Assembly: GCA_973895155.1 (NCBI GenBank)
Contig: OZ316897.1
Location: 12,957,375-13,021,374, forward strand
Direction of reading: 5' to 3'
Length of the DNA: 64,000 nucleotides
Source: Marsupella aquatica
Lineage: Eukaryota > Plantae > Marchantiophyta
The translations under genes were made by a program, and so were the position numbers. The notes under the pieces are model-generated. The model did not search any database. It had not been told where the DNA came from and saw only the letters and a program-made list of their open reading frames with translations. Numbering within the stretch: position 1 is the stretch's first letter; every line of letters starts with the position of its first letter. Of this stretch, positions 51,441 through 64,000 are shown in pieces.

Positions 51441-53479
51441 GAGCCGTAAGAGTATACCCAATTAAGAAGGATCTGGAGCAGTTTAGTTCCACAAAACCAG
51501 AAATTACGCTTTAGTCTCTCGTAGATTGTTTTCTTGGAGATTGGATTCTGGACCCCATTGGACTCCTTTCTTAGTTCGTGGCTAGTGTACTCACATGCAA
51601 GGGGGCAGGCGAAGATTCAATCTTCCTAGCTCTACAGACAGATGTGTCCTTTTGTTAAACTATATATGAAAGCTGGTGATCTCATCGTGTGTTTTGATTT
51701 CTTCATCAAGCTAGAAAACATATTTGTTGATCTTCTACCAAGTAACATAGTTTTGGTCTCGAATATGTATGCATCAACATGATTTCTTCATCAACAAAGA
51801 AGTTGAAGCATGGGTTTACGCTGCAAGTGGGTCTGTTGGACTGGATCTCAGTTGACAGGTTTATTATGCTTTGCGTTGCTTTTGATCTCCCGGTTTGATC
51901 TATCTAATCTAAACACTAAAATATCTATTTCTGTCGATTTGTTCAAGGGATCTATTTACAAAATGTCATTCAGAAGGCCTCCATATATATGGTAATTGGA
52001 TTATGGTGACATTTTTACTAATATTGAGATTTACTTGTGTGATAGTGCACGTTCTCATGCCCCAACCCCATCACTCTCCTCACAGCTGGCATACTCCTTG
52101 AAATTCAGTTTACCGGATGACTTGCCGATTCACTCCCAGTAGTGTCCCATTTCCTCACCATCTCACTTACTTTTGAAAACAATCTTGCTCAATATTGCTT
52201 AATATGTCAGTAATATTATGCAGCACAGGGGCATTGGACTAGTTTTTAAAACAAGAACGTATGGGTTCCGCAATCAACTCGAGTAAAAGGCAATCAACTC
52301 GATTAAATCTTGCGGACAAGACATTTCTATAACCACCTGCCTTTCCATGTCCTGTGGATCCAGGTCACCATGATTAGTGGCTGTTCAAGGTTTGTCCAGT
52401 AAATAAATATTTTAAATTTTTTCAAGCCCACTGAACAAAATCTGAGGGGACCTTGTGTAAAATATCCGATCATTCATATTTCAAGAATATTTTTAACACT
52501 CCATATAAAGCAATATTGCAATTATGCATCACGAGAATAATTATTCCCGTGATGATTGGAAAGCGTAGTTACCCTTTCGAAACCAAGGATGAAGACCAAG
52601 TGAGCTATTACCCAGCTGCCCAAAGCTGTGCTGAAAGCATTAAGGTTTCAGAGTCATCCACAGTATCATTCGGTGTTGGTAGCTAGGAAACAGGCAATTG
52701 AGAAAAAGGTATGTCCTCAATAATCAGAGCTGCATCGCTGCCAACGAGGGGCCTGGTAAAAGCTCCAACTGATAAAACAATTGTTCAACAATATTGGAAG
52801 AGCCCAGTTCAACTCCATGTAACCATTTTCTCGTTTCTTTACCCACACATGCCCCTTGCCAAAGTCGGCCTCATTTATGCAGCTCCAGCCGACTACTTCG
52901 CTGGAATATTAACAAGAAAAAATGATAGACCTCTCTGTGGCTCGCCCAAGACCAACGGATTGATCGTACTAGTGGATAAGGAAAGGTAGCATTGACCCAT
53001 GAATCAAACAGCCCTCATCCAACAGAGTCCGGGGCCCCAATCAAAGAGTGTAACCGCCAGCCGAATTGATCAAACGTCATCGATCTCACAAAGTACTCTT
53101 CAGGGCTCAAACAGGAAATGAGAATCAAATATCATGAACACAAATGTGGGGCACGTGACAGACACTACTGATGGGGAGTCTTTGCGCAGTCCCCAACGAA
53201 GCCACTGGAAGTTAAATTAGATAAAATCAACCCATTTCCCTTCCGTCAAACATTTATCCAGTCCGAATGGAATCTCATCCAACAATGAGTACCGATCGCA
53301 GCTCGATCACTACCAGGCCCTACTTCTACTCCGACCACCCCAGGGAAAAGGTACGACAAACGAGTAGAGCTTGCTTTACCAGTGAAAGGGCCAGACCGTG
53401 ATGAAGAGGTCCAGCACCATGATCGAGCTTGGAGCACAGATGCCGAGGCTAGCAGGGCCATAGCGTCGTCAATTAATTA

Positions 53480-54800
53480 ACGCTAGGATCCCCAGCCGTT
53501 GCTGCTTGTGCGTCTCACTCTCCCTTGGCTATCTCGCGGAGGAGTACCAAGCTGTGCTCTGCACCCAATAGGCGAGACGACAAATATAAGCCTAGCCACA
53601 ATCCTTCTGCTTGCAATACGCAAAGTAGAAGCCTTAGAGGCTGACGATGAGCGCATCCCCGCCCTTCCACTGAAAGATTTCAACGGGAACAAGACGTTGA
53701 AGTCTAGAGTTGAATCCACAAACAACTCAGAAGGGTTTAAGAGAACCGCTGGCACTGAAAGAAAGTCTAGACTTGACAACTTTCCACAAGGACAGGGCTA
53801 ATCCCTTCCACTTGGCGGAACTTCTCAACTCAACTATAGCTAGATCTCCTATAATACTTGGCAGGGTGCATAGTTGCGTTGACTCCAAAGACAAGTCGTG
53901 TAGATTATGAAGTCTACTGATTGAATCTGGTAGTTTCTGCAACACAGTGCTGTGCAAATCCAGAGTTGCGTGTCATTAACTTGCACGGACGTGAGTCCAG
54001 TAAACTTCCCGAGTCCATTCCGAGCTTCCGGTTGCAAGCCTGTCCTATTCAGTAGTTCCAAGTGTTCAAGGCAGTGTATAGCATAGTCCGAATTGTAGCT
54101 CTGTCAACAGCTCGCAACCTTCAAGCTCTAATCGCATGAGCTTCCGTGCTTTCACAAAGTCGATCAGGCAGGAGGACCTGATGGATTTACAATCTAGAAA
54201 CTCCAGAGCTGCTAATGCATCAAATGGGCGAAATCCACAGGGCAAACGACAAACCATTTGTCCACCTCAAATACACCAAAGATCTACGCAATCCCAGTAT
54301 TGTCTCTTGTATCCTCACGTCGTCGAGTATCAAGTAAATTCCAGATGAATATAATTCTGGAAGGTGTTACGTGGTAGCGACGAATTCATTATCTAATACG
54401 ATAATAAACTCGTATACGATAATGAACCTTAAGAGCCGAAGTTTTGGTTTTCACAATCCCCTGCACAAGCCATGCAGCTCCATCTTCAGCGCTTGCGCCA
54501 TGAAGCTAGCATGCATCGTATCCAGCACAGTAAGGTCCAGTAGTACCAAATTTGTGAGATTTTGGAGAGTGTGGAGCTCTTGTTGTTAAACTTTTGCTAC
54601 ATTGTCACGTGACGGGCTTATTGGGTTCTCGGATTTTAATTACCTTACGATGATTTATCAATTCGCTCGGAGCCGACGATTCACATATGCTTTGCGATTT
54701 GAACGTCAATACCAGTACCCTCCGGACATGCAATCGTCTTCCCAGGATTTCTCAGGTGTCGGTGCACAAAGCAAGCTTCTTGCGCAATGAACAAAAGCAG
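53480..54800 (-). pseudogene. Leucine-rich-repeat region of an NLR pseudogene
   Basis: Frameshifted LRR segments LQNLTNLVLLDL, LMRLELEGCELLTEL, LGKFTGLTSVQV and LQKLPDSISRLHNLHDLSLESTQLCTLPSIIGDL, typical of plant NLR LRRs. Confidence 0.75.
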
Positions 54801-55139
54801 CAAACATTCTCCAGGCTAGACTACGACTTATCCCCTACTTCCACTTGCAATATTTTGAGTTGGTAACATTTATAGAACGACACATTTTCCATGACACAAC
54901 ACTTGCGTCACTACATCAGTTCACGACAATCCACAGGACTGAGCCAGTGAAGTAATATTATAGACAAACATAGAAAAAGAAATTCTGGATGTAACCCAGT
55001 TATCCTGCAAGACATGGCATATTATGTACGACAAAGTACTCTTGAGAGTCTGAGGTGTCCAAAGCGGAGCATTGCGCCCCCAAAAGTCCCTAACCGTATT
55101 GTCAGGAATCTAGGGGACGGTAATAGAGTTAAAACAGTT

Positions 55140-55839
55140 AAAACCGTATATCCCGGTTGGAGCCATTTATGACGATACGGTATATATCTGTACAGTTTAT
55201 GTCGTATATACCGGTTGGGATCGTATATGACGATAATGTATATAACGTCATACTGTATATCCCGGTTGGAGCCATGGACGGTACTGTGTATCCGTTCATG
55301 CCGTATATCCCGGTTGGAGGAGAAGAGGCGACCGGTAGGTGGGAAAATATGGGAACCGGTGAAAACCGGTACCGTTTGAAATTGGCCTGGTACAAGCGGG
55401 TACCTGCAGCAGGGAGTGATAGGACAAGGTAGGGTGTGTCGAGTGAGGACTGTCAGATTTTGGTTATTTTATCTTTTCTTGTGTTTTTGGGGTTTTTTCT
55501 TTTTTGAGACGAATTATTAAAAGCATTGGGAGAAATTTATTTTTCCTGCGGCAAGTTAGGGGTAGGGGTGGACGGGAAGGAATTTCATTTTCCAGGGGTT
55601 GTGGAGAAACTGTTTTGGGGTGAGTAGGGGACGAGGAGTAAAATTCAATTTTTTTTCCTATTTTGTGGGTGGGGAGAAGAGAAGTTTTTTGGGGGGAAGA
55701 GGAATGGGCCAGCAAATTTACTTTTGTTTAGACCCAGTTTAGACTTGGCAGACAAATAGGGCCATTTTGAGGCTACAAATGACATATATCACCCCGTCTA
55801 TCCCGGCCGGGCCAGAGTGTCCGGCCATAATTTGTAGTG
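55140..55839. mobile_element. Probable truncated CACTA/EnSpm end with subterminal repeats
   Basis: Ends TGTAGTG (reverse complement CACTACA) at 55839. The motif CCGTATATCCCGGTTGG occurs ~4 times (55144-55320), with a variant CCGTCTATCCCGG at ~55793. No matching other end found. Confidence 0.45.
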
Positions 55840-58235
55840 TTAATCAGGTTGTTTGACTTGAATATTTTGGTCATACATGGTCTATATGACATTCACCCCA
55901 ATTTAATGTCATAATATTAGTGAAGAAGGGCTGCCAAACATTACAGGACAAAAAATAAAAAAGAATCCAAATTTATGAAATGCTAGTGGGTGCAAAGCTC
56001 TAAGAATCTGACTCAAATTTATGGCCATCTGGTTTATTATAATCCCTAAACAGTAATATTTAAGTCTGAACAATTATTCTTTTTTTTGCCTTGAAAACAG
56101 AAAGCAGGTCCATCCAACAGAGGATAGACGTCCTGCTTTGGAGCATGCATTTCTATGTAGGACAGCCACAAGGGGACAATACCCAGGGATCCGACAGGGA
56201 CCCAGACCAGGAGGGAGCGAGGATTAAACCAGAACCCAAAGTGAGCAACCAGGGCTGAGAAGATAATCAATACTCCCACCACTACACCCCACCCACACAC
56301 ACACACACATACCCTCACACCCCTTATGTGTGGAGGGAGGATTGAACCCGGAACAATTACTCTTTTCATTTACTACTTTCTAGTGTCATGGCACCCTCAG
56401 AATCTACAGGGCTATGATATGTCATGAACTTTAGAATCTTACAGTGCCATGACATGAAACTGTAAGAGGTTACAGAACTACAGTAGGGAACCAGCTCCGT
56501 TACATATCAGTTGAATGAGAACGGAGATCAACTGAAAATGTTCTGTCAACTATCAAATGTAATGCATTCGCATCTCACCTTCTCGAACAGAAATGTAAGA
56601 AGATATTAGTCCAACCTATTGGAAGACCTTCCGTGTATCTCTGTCCTCCGTCTCTGAATCACTGAAGCTACTGTTGGAACCGTCGTTTCAGGGGAGTTGG
56701 TTCACGAACAATCTACACAGTGCAGATTTTTCATTTTTCATGACGGAGTCAAACCGTCGCAGAACCTTATCAGTTGCGCTGCATGGAGTCACGCTTTTAA
56801 TTTGCGTCGAGCTCCGAGTCGAAGTAATGATTTGTCAGCGCCAGGGCGATGCCTAGGAACTTGAGCTCCGAGTCGAACGCGGGCTATGGTGGCTGCCGCG
56901 CTGGGAGGGTCTGTTGAATATAGAGTCACTCATGGACTCGAGATCTGGATCCACGCAACTTCCCCTTTCTTGGGTCTTCTTTTGGGATGTGGTATTTCTT
57001 TCATGATTTCACACTTTTTCTTTTTTGGTAGTTTGGCTAATACATGTATTTTTGACATATACATGTATGTTCCAATCATTAGTATCACATGCTACTAACT
57101 TTTGCGGGATCTGAAGCCCCCATGGACCACAAGGTTGGTCTTTGAAACCCCCATGGACCACTTTCCCCTGAGTTTGATTGTAATAAATTGATGTTTAAAC
57201 CTCAAATATTTTGTGTTTTTGGGTATATGCTAGAGGAGTAGTAAAATTGCACTTCCATCAGAAAGTGACACTGATTTTTTTGGCCATTTTGGTTGAATTT
57301 TCAACACAAACTGGGGGGAGGGTGAAAATCATTAAATGAATTTTCATTGTGTTTGTGAAATATTTGGGGTTGTGTTTCTTTTTTTTCTTCTTCCTTGCAG
57401 GTGCGAAACCGGAGATTATTCTTATAACTATGAGTATACGTATACTCGAGGGGCACACGCTAGTTTTTTTTAGATTTACATAACACATTAAACCTGTTCG
57501 AGACTGCTTGTTTTAATTAGAACCCATGTTTTTATGCATATTCCGTTGCCACATCAGAGCTAATATAGGGGATGAAGTTTTTGTTAGGGGATTGAATTTG
57601 TCACAAGTCACCCCTGGCCACTTGAACTAAACACCAGGCCACACTCATGTGTTAATTTACTCATGTGTCAATAATAGCTCTAATTACTTTCTTAGACTCT
57701 TTTCTTTAAGCAAATATTAATAATAGTACAACCTTTTGGATTCCGTCTACGGAGAGCTAGACAACCTTAGATCTATAAGGGCTAAATTGTTTTTCTGACA
57801 TAAACATGAGATGTGGCCAACGTTCTCTGTTCTATTTAGTAGGCTGAGAATTCATATTTTTATGGGAAGCTATCTTTTGGGATGAGGGGAGTTTCACCTC
57901 AGTTACAAGGGGGTTCGTGGTAACTGCACAACAAAAAGCAGTAACCAGAAAGGTACGAAGAACAACACTCAATGATATAAAAGAACAATGACTGGGTTTA
58001 TGTGGTCTGGACAACCCTAAACCTGTGGGCATTTGCCATATAAAGAGCTGCTTGTCTCGATGAGTCCAATACAACACTCCAAATAAGCACAAATAAATAT
58101 TGCACGTACTTACTAGGAGACGCAGTATTGCTTAGAAATTGCAGGACTTCACCACCAGTAAGTGCAACCACTTGAATTGTAGTGTATTATAACCCCTTTG
58201 CTTCCAGGGAGATCTCAGTGTATATATCACCAGTA

Positions 58236-58364
58236 AATGTCAAACCTGAAGACAAGATCCCAAAGACAGGAAACCCAATTAAGCAGCGAATTCAGGAAGA
58301 CCACCAAAGAACAGAAAATGTGAAACCTGAAGACAAGATCCCAAAGACAGGAGACCCAATTAAG
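58236..58364 (+). repeat. Duplicated ~48-bp segment at 81-bp spacing
   Basis: AAACCTGAAGACAAGATCCCAAAGACAGG..ACCCAATTAAG at 58242 and 58323. Confidence 0.8.
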
Positions 58365-59479
58365 ATTGAAAATTCCAGGAACCAAGGAGCCAAAAGTCCC
58401 AAGAATCCCCACAATCATGGCAAAGGGACCCTGCGCATTGAACTCTGTGAAAACCAGGACGAGACTGAGCTGGAGGAAGGAGCCAGCTGCTTATATACAA
58501 ATAGTCAGCAAGTTTCCAGCTGACAATTTATCCTCTTCTCCACATGCAAGTGGGTTCATCTCCAGAACACTCATATACTGTACCCCAGACCCCCATAGCC
58601 AACTATCCCAAGTTTCTAATTGCTACAGTCGCTCTCCTTCTTAAGTCCACAAAATTTTGATTTCTTTGTGGGGATTTCCTCTTGTTTCTCCGGCCCCTAT
58701 ATTGCATCTCCTGCCTTTGGGGTGTTGGTTCCTTATTTGCTTTGTGTGTATTCTTTGGAAGTGTGATATATAGCTTATTTTATCACACGTACATATAAGA
58801 AGTCCAACGCCAACAATGGAACAATAGTGCCAAAGGGAAGCTGATAGAAGGGGTAAGTTCTATTTAGCGCCCGATTTAGATTGGACAGGGGAGGAAGCAG
58901 AGAGAGGGAGTACAAAAGTGGCCCTTTTGCAACTGTTTGTTGGCTGCTCTTTGCTGAAATCGTTCTAAAATTGTTATACTAAAAAATTACTCGGTGAAAG
59001 TCCGGAAACTAGCTTCCTCAATTTTTGACCGTTTGGGCAGCATGTTAGATTGATCTTACTCGCCTGGACTATGTCTTTCCAAATCATTTGAGAAATATAG
59101 ATTACATCTACTATTAAGTGAGATATGACACCTTTTCCATGAAGAACAAAAACTTGTCTTGTAGAAGGAGAGTAGTTGACTCCGAGACAAAACTGATCAC
59201 TAAAATTAACAAACTTTGATTCTGACAGAGGGACTACGAGACTAAAATAGTGTTCTCTCTAGAGAGGAGGCTTTGCAGAGTAGCTTTGTCATTCTCTAGT
59301 CAGAGAGGAGGCTTTGAGAGTAGCTTTCTATAGTAAGAGGCTATATAGTTATAGATTGCAGTCATGGTGATGAATTGTGAGTGTTCAAGTTAGCTCTCGT
59401 TGTTTCCTTGTTCTCCTTCTCGAACTCAGTCTTTGTGGGCGCTCGTTTGATTCGAAGGCAACGTAGGCAGCGGCAGTTT

Positions 59480-60350
59480 CTCACACGGCGGCTTCGTCAA
59501 ATCAGGTTTTGAGCTTTATCTCACTTCTAGTATGGTCGTGTTCTAGCAATCTCTGTTGCCAGATGAGTTATGCATTACCTCTGAATGAATTGAAAGAATT
59601 CATGAGACTCGATCAGCCTGTAGAAGTCTTATTTGCTTCGCTCTCATTATCAGTACTTACAAATGTAATTGGCCGGCTTCCCACTGCCGTGACTGGGATC
59701 TGCATTTGTTGTTATTTCTATCAAGATGCTGCACTCGCTCTTGAATGGAATCACTTGCACCCTCTCGCTAGACGGGGCATAGACCAGTAAACTCTAAGCG
59801 ACACGTCGAAAGTACACAGGCCGAGTGCTTTGCCCCCATTTTGATCAGAGCATACTGAAAGTACTTTGGTCATATTCGATTCTATACGCTGCAGTTATCT
59901 GCTCTTCAACTTTATGCCTGAGTTAAGTGCTCTTCGGTGTATGCCTGCACAGTTGTGTGCTCTTCGAGTCTAGTTTCAGAACTATTCTCTTCGAGACTAA
60001 GGATACTTTCTCGTGGAGTCTAAGGATGCTCTCACAACCTTCTCTCCACGGGGTACCGCTTCTACAATGGCACGTCTTTTGATAAGCTTCAAGAGCTGAG
60101 AGATGCAGTCCTGGACAGCGGAAGCCCATACGAATGGGGAGGCGCAAAAATTATTCCAAGCCGGGTAAGCGCATACCTGCCCCCATGGGGCGCGCAGTCC
60201 ATTCTACCGCCTGCCTTCCACGGGCAGCGCTTCTACACAATTGACTACACTTCCCGCAGGAGCTAAGCTCCTACTTGACTTGAATCTGGTACCCCAGTTC
60301 TTTGTTCGTTATGGCCCAGCTCCAAATTTGAGGTTCGGACCCGGTAATCT
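59480..60350 (-). pseudogene. Degenerate NB-ARC-like relic
   Basis: Colinear similarity to 39240-39420, 39960-40085 and 40255-40330. Confidence 0.45.
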
Positions 60351-60960
60351 TATCCTTGGCTGCATTTGATCAATAGAATTGATATGTTTGCCCACCATCT
60401 ATCCCGTTGTTGGTCGAAATTTACCAATATTTACCGCACTGTCATAATTGTGTGACAGTTCTATCACAGAGTTCGCTAAGTTCAGGCTGTCGATAGTGAG
60501 AAACAATGTTCAGGGAACGGTTCATCCATCAGTTAGTATGAGGAAACTGTCCCAGTCCTAATAAGGTCTGTCGATCGAGTTCCAGTCTCCTTTGTTTCCT
60601 CACAGATTTCGTGGCTTCACTCAGTGCCACGACGGATATCAACTACAGAGTAATCTGTGTTGCTCAATTTTTCCCTTGACAATAGTGGTTTGATGAGTGT
60701 ATAATAAACCAACAAAAAAAACATGTGGGCAGGTGAAGGAGGCGAATCCGGCTAATGTGATTGAAATGTAGAGCTTGGTTTAATATTGCTATTTGAAGTT
60801 GCTGCTTAAGGTGGATAGCCTCTAGCCGTCTGAAGGCACCTCAGTCGTTGAGCAAACGCATGTAAGACTGACATATCCCGTGAACATCAATATTTGTGCT
60901 AACTCGGGTCAGACCTCTTATGTTGGCAGGTGAAGAAGACTCCTAAGGTCTTCAGTGAAC

Positions 60961-61095
60961 ATGGATCCTACCGTTAAGAATATACTGGTCAATGTCCTGT
61001 CTGACTTTATCTTCGAGGTGTTGAAGCTTGTCTGCATATGGGTTATTGCGAACCACATTATACTCTTATTTGGTCCTGCTCAAGAGCGAGCATGA
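60961..61095 (+). CDS. Small amphipathic/hydrophobic peptide (44 aa), paralog of the 43356 ORF
   Basis: MDPTVKNILVNVLSDFIFEVLKLVCIWVIANHIILLFGPAQERA; upstream GCTAAC branch-like site and GGCAG|GTGAAG acceptor at ~60929. Confidence 0.45.
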   Translation: MDPTVKNILVNVLSDFIFEVLKLVCIWVIANHIILLFGPAQERA

Positions 61096-61393
61096 GAGTC
61101 TTAAGAGTATACCCAATAAGAATCTGGAGCAGTTTAATACCCACAAAACCAGATATTAAGTAACAACATTGACTGATCAATGATTACAGTCATCTAGATT
61201 GTATTCTTGGAGATTGCGAGGACTCTTCGCTCAATTCATGGCTAGTGTTTCACACGCAAGAGGGCAGGCCAAGAATAAATCTTCCTGGATAGATGTGGCC
61301 TTTTGTTAACATATGAAAGTTGGTGATCTCAAAGTTGGTGATCTAGCTCATCGTGTGTTTTGATTTCTTCGTCGACAAATGTGTTTTCTAGCT

Positions 61394-61491
61394 TACAATG
61401 GGCCTTGGTAGAGGTTATCAATGGAAATGGATTTTCTAAACTTCAATGGGCCTTGGTAGAGGTTATCAATGGAAATGGATTTTCTAAACTT
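61394..61491 (+). repeat. 48-bp tandem duplication
   Basis: CAATGGGCCTTGGTAGAGGTTATCAATGGAAATGGATTTTCTAAACTT twice. Confidence 0.85.
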
Positions 61492-62049
61492 CTCCATCTG
61501 TTGAGATCTAGCTACCTGCTGAGCTCCAAGGAAATCAAAATGTTTGCAACACATAGCAGGTCTGAATTCTCCCTCGTAATAAAAGAATGGACATTGATTC
61601 AAAACTGACCGTCATTTAATCGATCGGCAACTGCAAATTAAGCCAGTCGGGAAAATTAGCCAATCCTCAATGTAGCGATCAAAAGTAGATCTTCTACCGT
61701 CACCTCGTCCCCATCACGTCCGCCATCGTCTCCGTCAGGGACCACAATTCATATTCAAAAGCAAATAACAGGTCTAGCTGGTACTCACTGGTTCGGCGCT
61801 GAAACATTGCCCACAACAGGGCTGATTCTACTTGAGCCTATCCCCCTCTTTCGAACGATAACCGAAAATATCCCCGATGACGGCAGCAAAGCGTTCGGTC
61901 AAAACAATTTGTCACTTCTTCTCGAGTTCAATTTTGCAATCATTCCCACTTGGATTCGACCTTTTCATGCTCAATCTTTCCTCATGCCGCAATATGCTCC
62001 AGAGTTCAATCCTAATGTCACTGTTCACTCGCTGCGCTCAGTAGACACT

Positions 62050-64000
62050 GTACTTTGAATCCAGTAGCAATCAGTCAGAGCTTGAGATTTGTGACATTTT
62101 GTACGTTACGGTTTTTCCATCCGGTATGGGCTTTTTGGAGATGAGGAAAGGCAGGTTTCAGCTGGGTTTTTCCAGAGAGATTGTTTTCCCATAAACCCTG
62201 TTGGACATCAGGGGTTGTGATCTGTAGCTTGGAGAACAAAACATAAGACACTTTGACACATTCGTAAATCATACGTAGTATCTGTGGAGGAGTGCAAACA
62301 TTGCGCTCACATCCATTGATTGATTCATTGTAAAAGACTGAATGCTCTATCCAGAGTCAGTCGCGCATACTGCTTAAGTGCAGGCACTCCTGCCCTTCAA
62401 ACGAGTTTGAAAAGAGCCAGGCGCGCCATAGGAAGCTCGAACACGTGTTGGGCAACAGACTGCCTTACACCCGCGCCACTTTACGGTAAGGAGTAAAGAG
62501 CTAAAAACAAGCCCTACGATAAGAACGAAAGTGAAAGTGGGAAGACGTCGAGACCAGAACACAGAAGGGAAACACTTCACAAGGGAAACACTTCACAGGG
62601 GTCATAATCTTCTTCGCAACGAATGTCTCACAAATACTCTTAATGAGACTTACGCGTCCAACTCTATCGTGTCCTGTGGTGGGGAGCAATGATATAGGAG
62701 ACGTATCGACGATGAAAAAGCCGGTCGTTTTGAGCTGCTCAACTTCCACTACATTCCCCTGGCTGTTACATTTATCTTCCAATGTGAACTACGATAACTT
62801 GAATTCGATCACACATATCCTGAATCGTACATAGTTAGAGAAACAAAACTTTTGATATAGAGACAAAAACCAACAGCGCCATCACACTCATAACTTTTAA
62901 ATACTCTGTTTCCATTTTTACATTGAATATATCTACAATGCGTGGCTGGGTGCAAAACCTTTGTCTTCATCCTTTCCAAGCTCTGTGTATCATAACGGGC
63001 GGTATTGCCCCTCGTGACAAAACAAGTCTCTTGAGACCTGTGGGCCTTCGCGAGTATTCTTTCTGACCAAATCTCACCTCTCACATCAACTCGTGATTAC
63101 CCTCTCAAATCGGTGGCCGACTCGGACCATCACCTTCAAAAATTGCCATTCACGGTCTTTTCTCAATCCAGGGAGACAGAGGCGTTGAATTTTGTGAAGA
63201 AAAATGGATCGATGCTGAATCAGCTTCGCGGGCGAAGACGGGAAGGTCTCCCATCCCCACGTTTTTCTACTGCTGCAGTGAAAGCACTGTCCCGCTCCTC
63301 TAATCCGAAGTTACCAACGTACCTTTGTCCGATGCTAAGAGAAACTGAGAAACATATCCGACCAAATGAGGTCCATGAAGAACTAAAACACTGCAAAAAG
63401 TATTGCACCCAAAACATCAAAATATGAAAAGAGATAGAGCTTACGACGTATGTTTCTCGTTAATATGTTCCACCTATTCCAAATGTTGACGATTTCCCTC
63501 ACTCTTAGATTCCATGAGGCACTCATTTCTTCTTGTGGTAGGTGCCTTGAGGGTCTCCATCTCTTCTCTCGTCTCTTCTGCAAGTGCACCATCACCTTTC
63601 AAACAATCGTGCAACATGTCGCCAAGCATTGAGCTAGTGTGGGGAGTCCCATAGAAGAACATCCCTTTCATATTTGAAAAGAGAGCATGAGCATGCTGTG
63701 CACGAGGCTTTCCTGTAGCTCAGATAAACTTGGTCCGCAAGCAAACAGAATTCTTTCAAGGCCAAACCTCCAGGCAGTGCCCCACGAGTACCACTGGACA
63801 TCCTCCCTCTCCTGGATTAACCTAGACCCCAGCCACCAGATTCTCTCCTGTTAGATGCATGTCCATCCTCCCAGACTCTGACCAATACATTCTTAACGAA
63901 GAAAACTCCCTACAGTCATCTCCACTCCTTATACTACCAGGCATTCAATATTTGTCATAGGGGTGAGCAGTTGGTGTTAGGGCCTTCTTGTGATATGGTC
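62050..64000 (-). pseudogene. Alpha/beta-hydrolase (SERAC1/PGAP1-like) domain followed by probable NB-ARC remnants: hydrolase-type NLR pseudogene, running off the window end
   Basis: PVVLVGHCL(frameshift)GGLALKEFCL (decayed GHSLGGL) at ~63740-63800, then KGMFFYGTPH. Downstream GHDRVGRVSLIKSI (P-loop-like) and LQITTPD (RNBS-B-like) are weak. Confidence 0.6.

Noticed and set aside
58110-58787. Possible solo LTR (CGTAC on both sides, TATA-like TTATATA, ends ..TATCACA)
   Set aside because: The 5' end is TT rather than TG and there is no terminal inverted repeat, so the boundaries are not supportable.

Overview
Eukaryotic, intron-containing, repeat-rich DNA. It is most likely from a land plant, probably a bryophyte-grade lineage (inferred from alpha/beta-hydrolase-type NLR relics and a trihelix-type Harbinger). 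The left 40% is one 24.3-kb DNA transposon (1149-25471) with TACGG...CCGTA termini, 24-bp TIRs (23/24 identical) and a 6-bp GTCGAC duplication, matching the IS3EU pattern. It carries three spliced genes: an intact-looking integrase-fold DDE transposase, a TET/JBP-like Fe(II) dioxygenase and a divergent HECT E3 ubiquitin ligase. It also holds a 187-bp and a ~200-bp tandem array and a nested foldback element. This transposase + TET-like + HECT element is the main candidate for an undescribed system, possibly a transposon with its own anti-silencing genes. Next come a truncated Mutator-like MITE and a complete PIF/Harbinger element (26794-31457, TTA TSD, transposase with one premature stop, Myb/SANT partner). 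The right half is a decayed NLR cluster with NB-ARC, LRR and hydrolase relics on the minus strand; three relics sit head-to-head with a conserved, probably spliced small amphipathic-peptide ORF. That half is interrupted by a MULE MITE (9-bp TSD), a solo LTR (5-bp TSD) and a probable CACTA end. All family assignments come from motif recognition by eye, not database searches.
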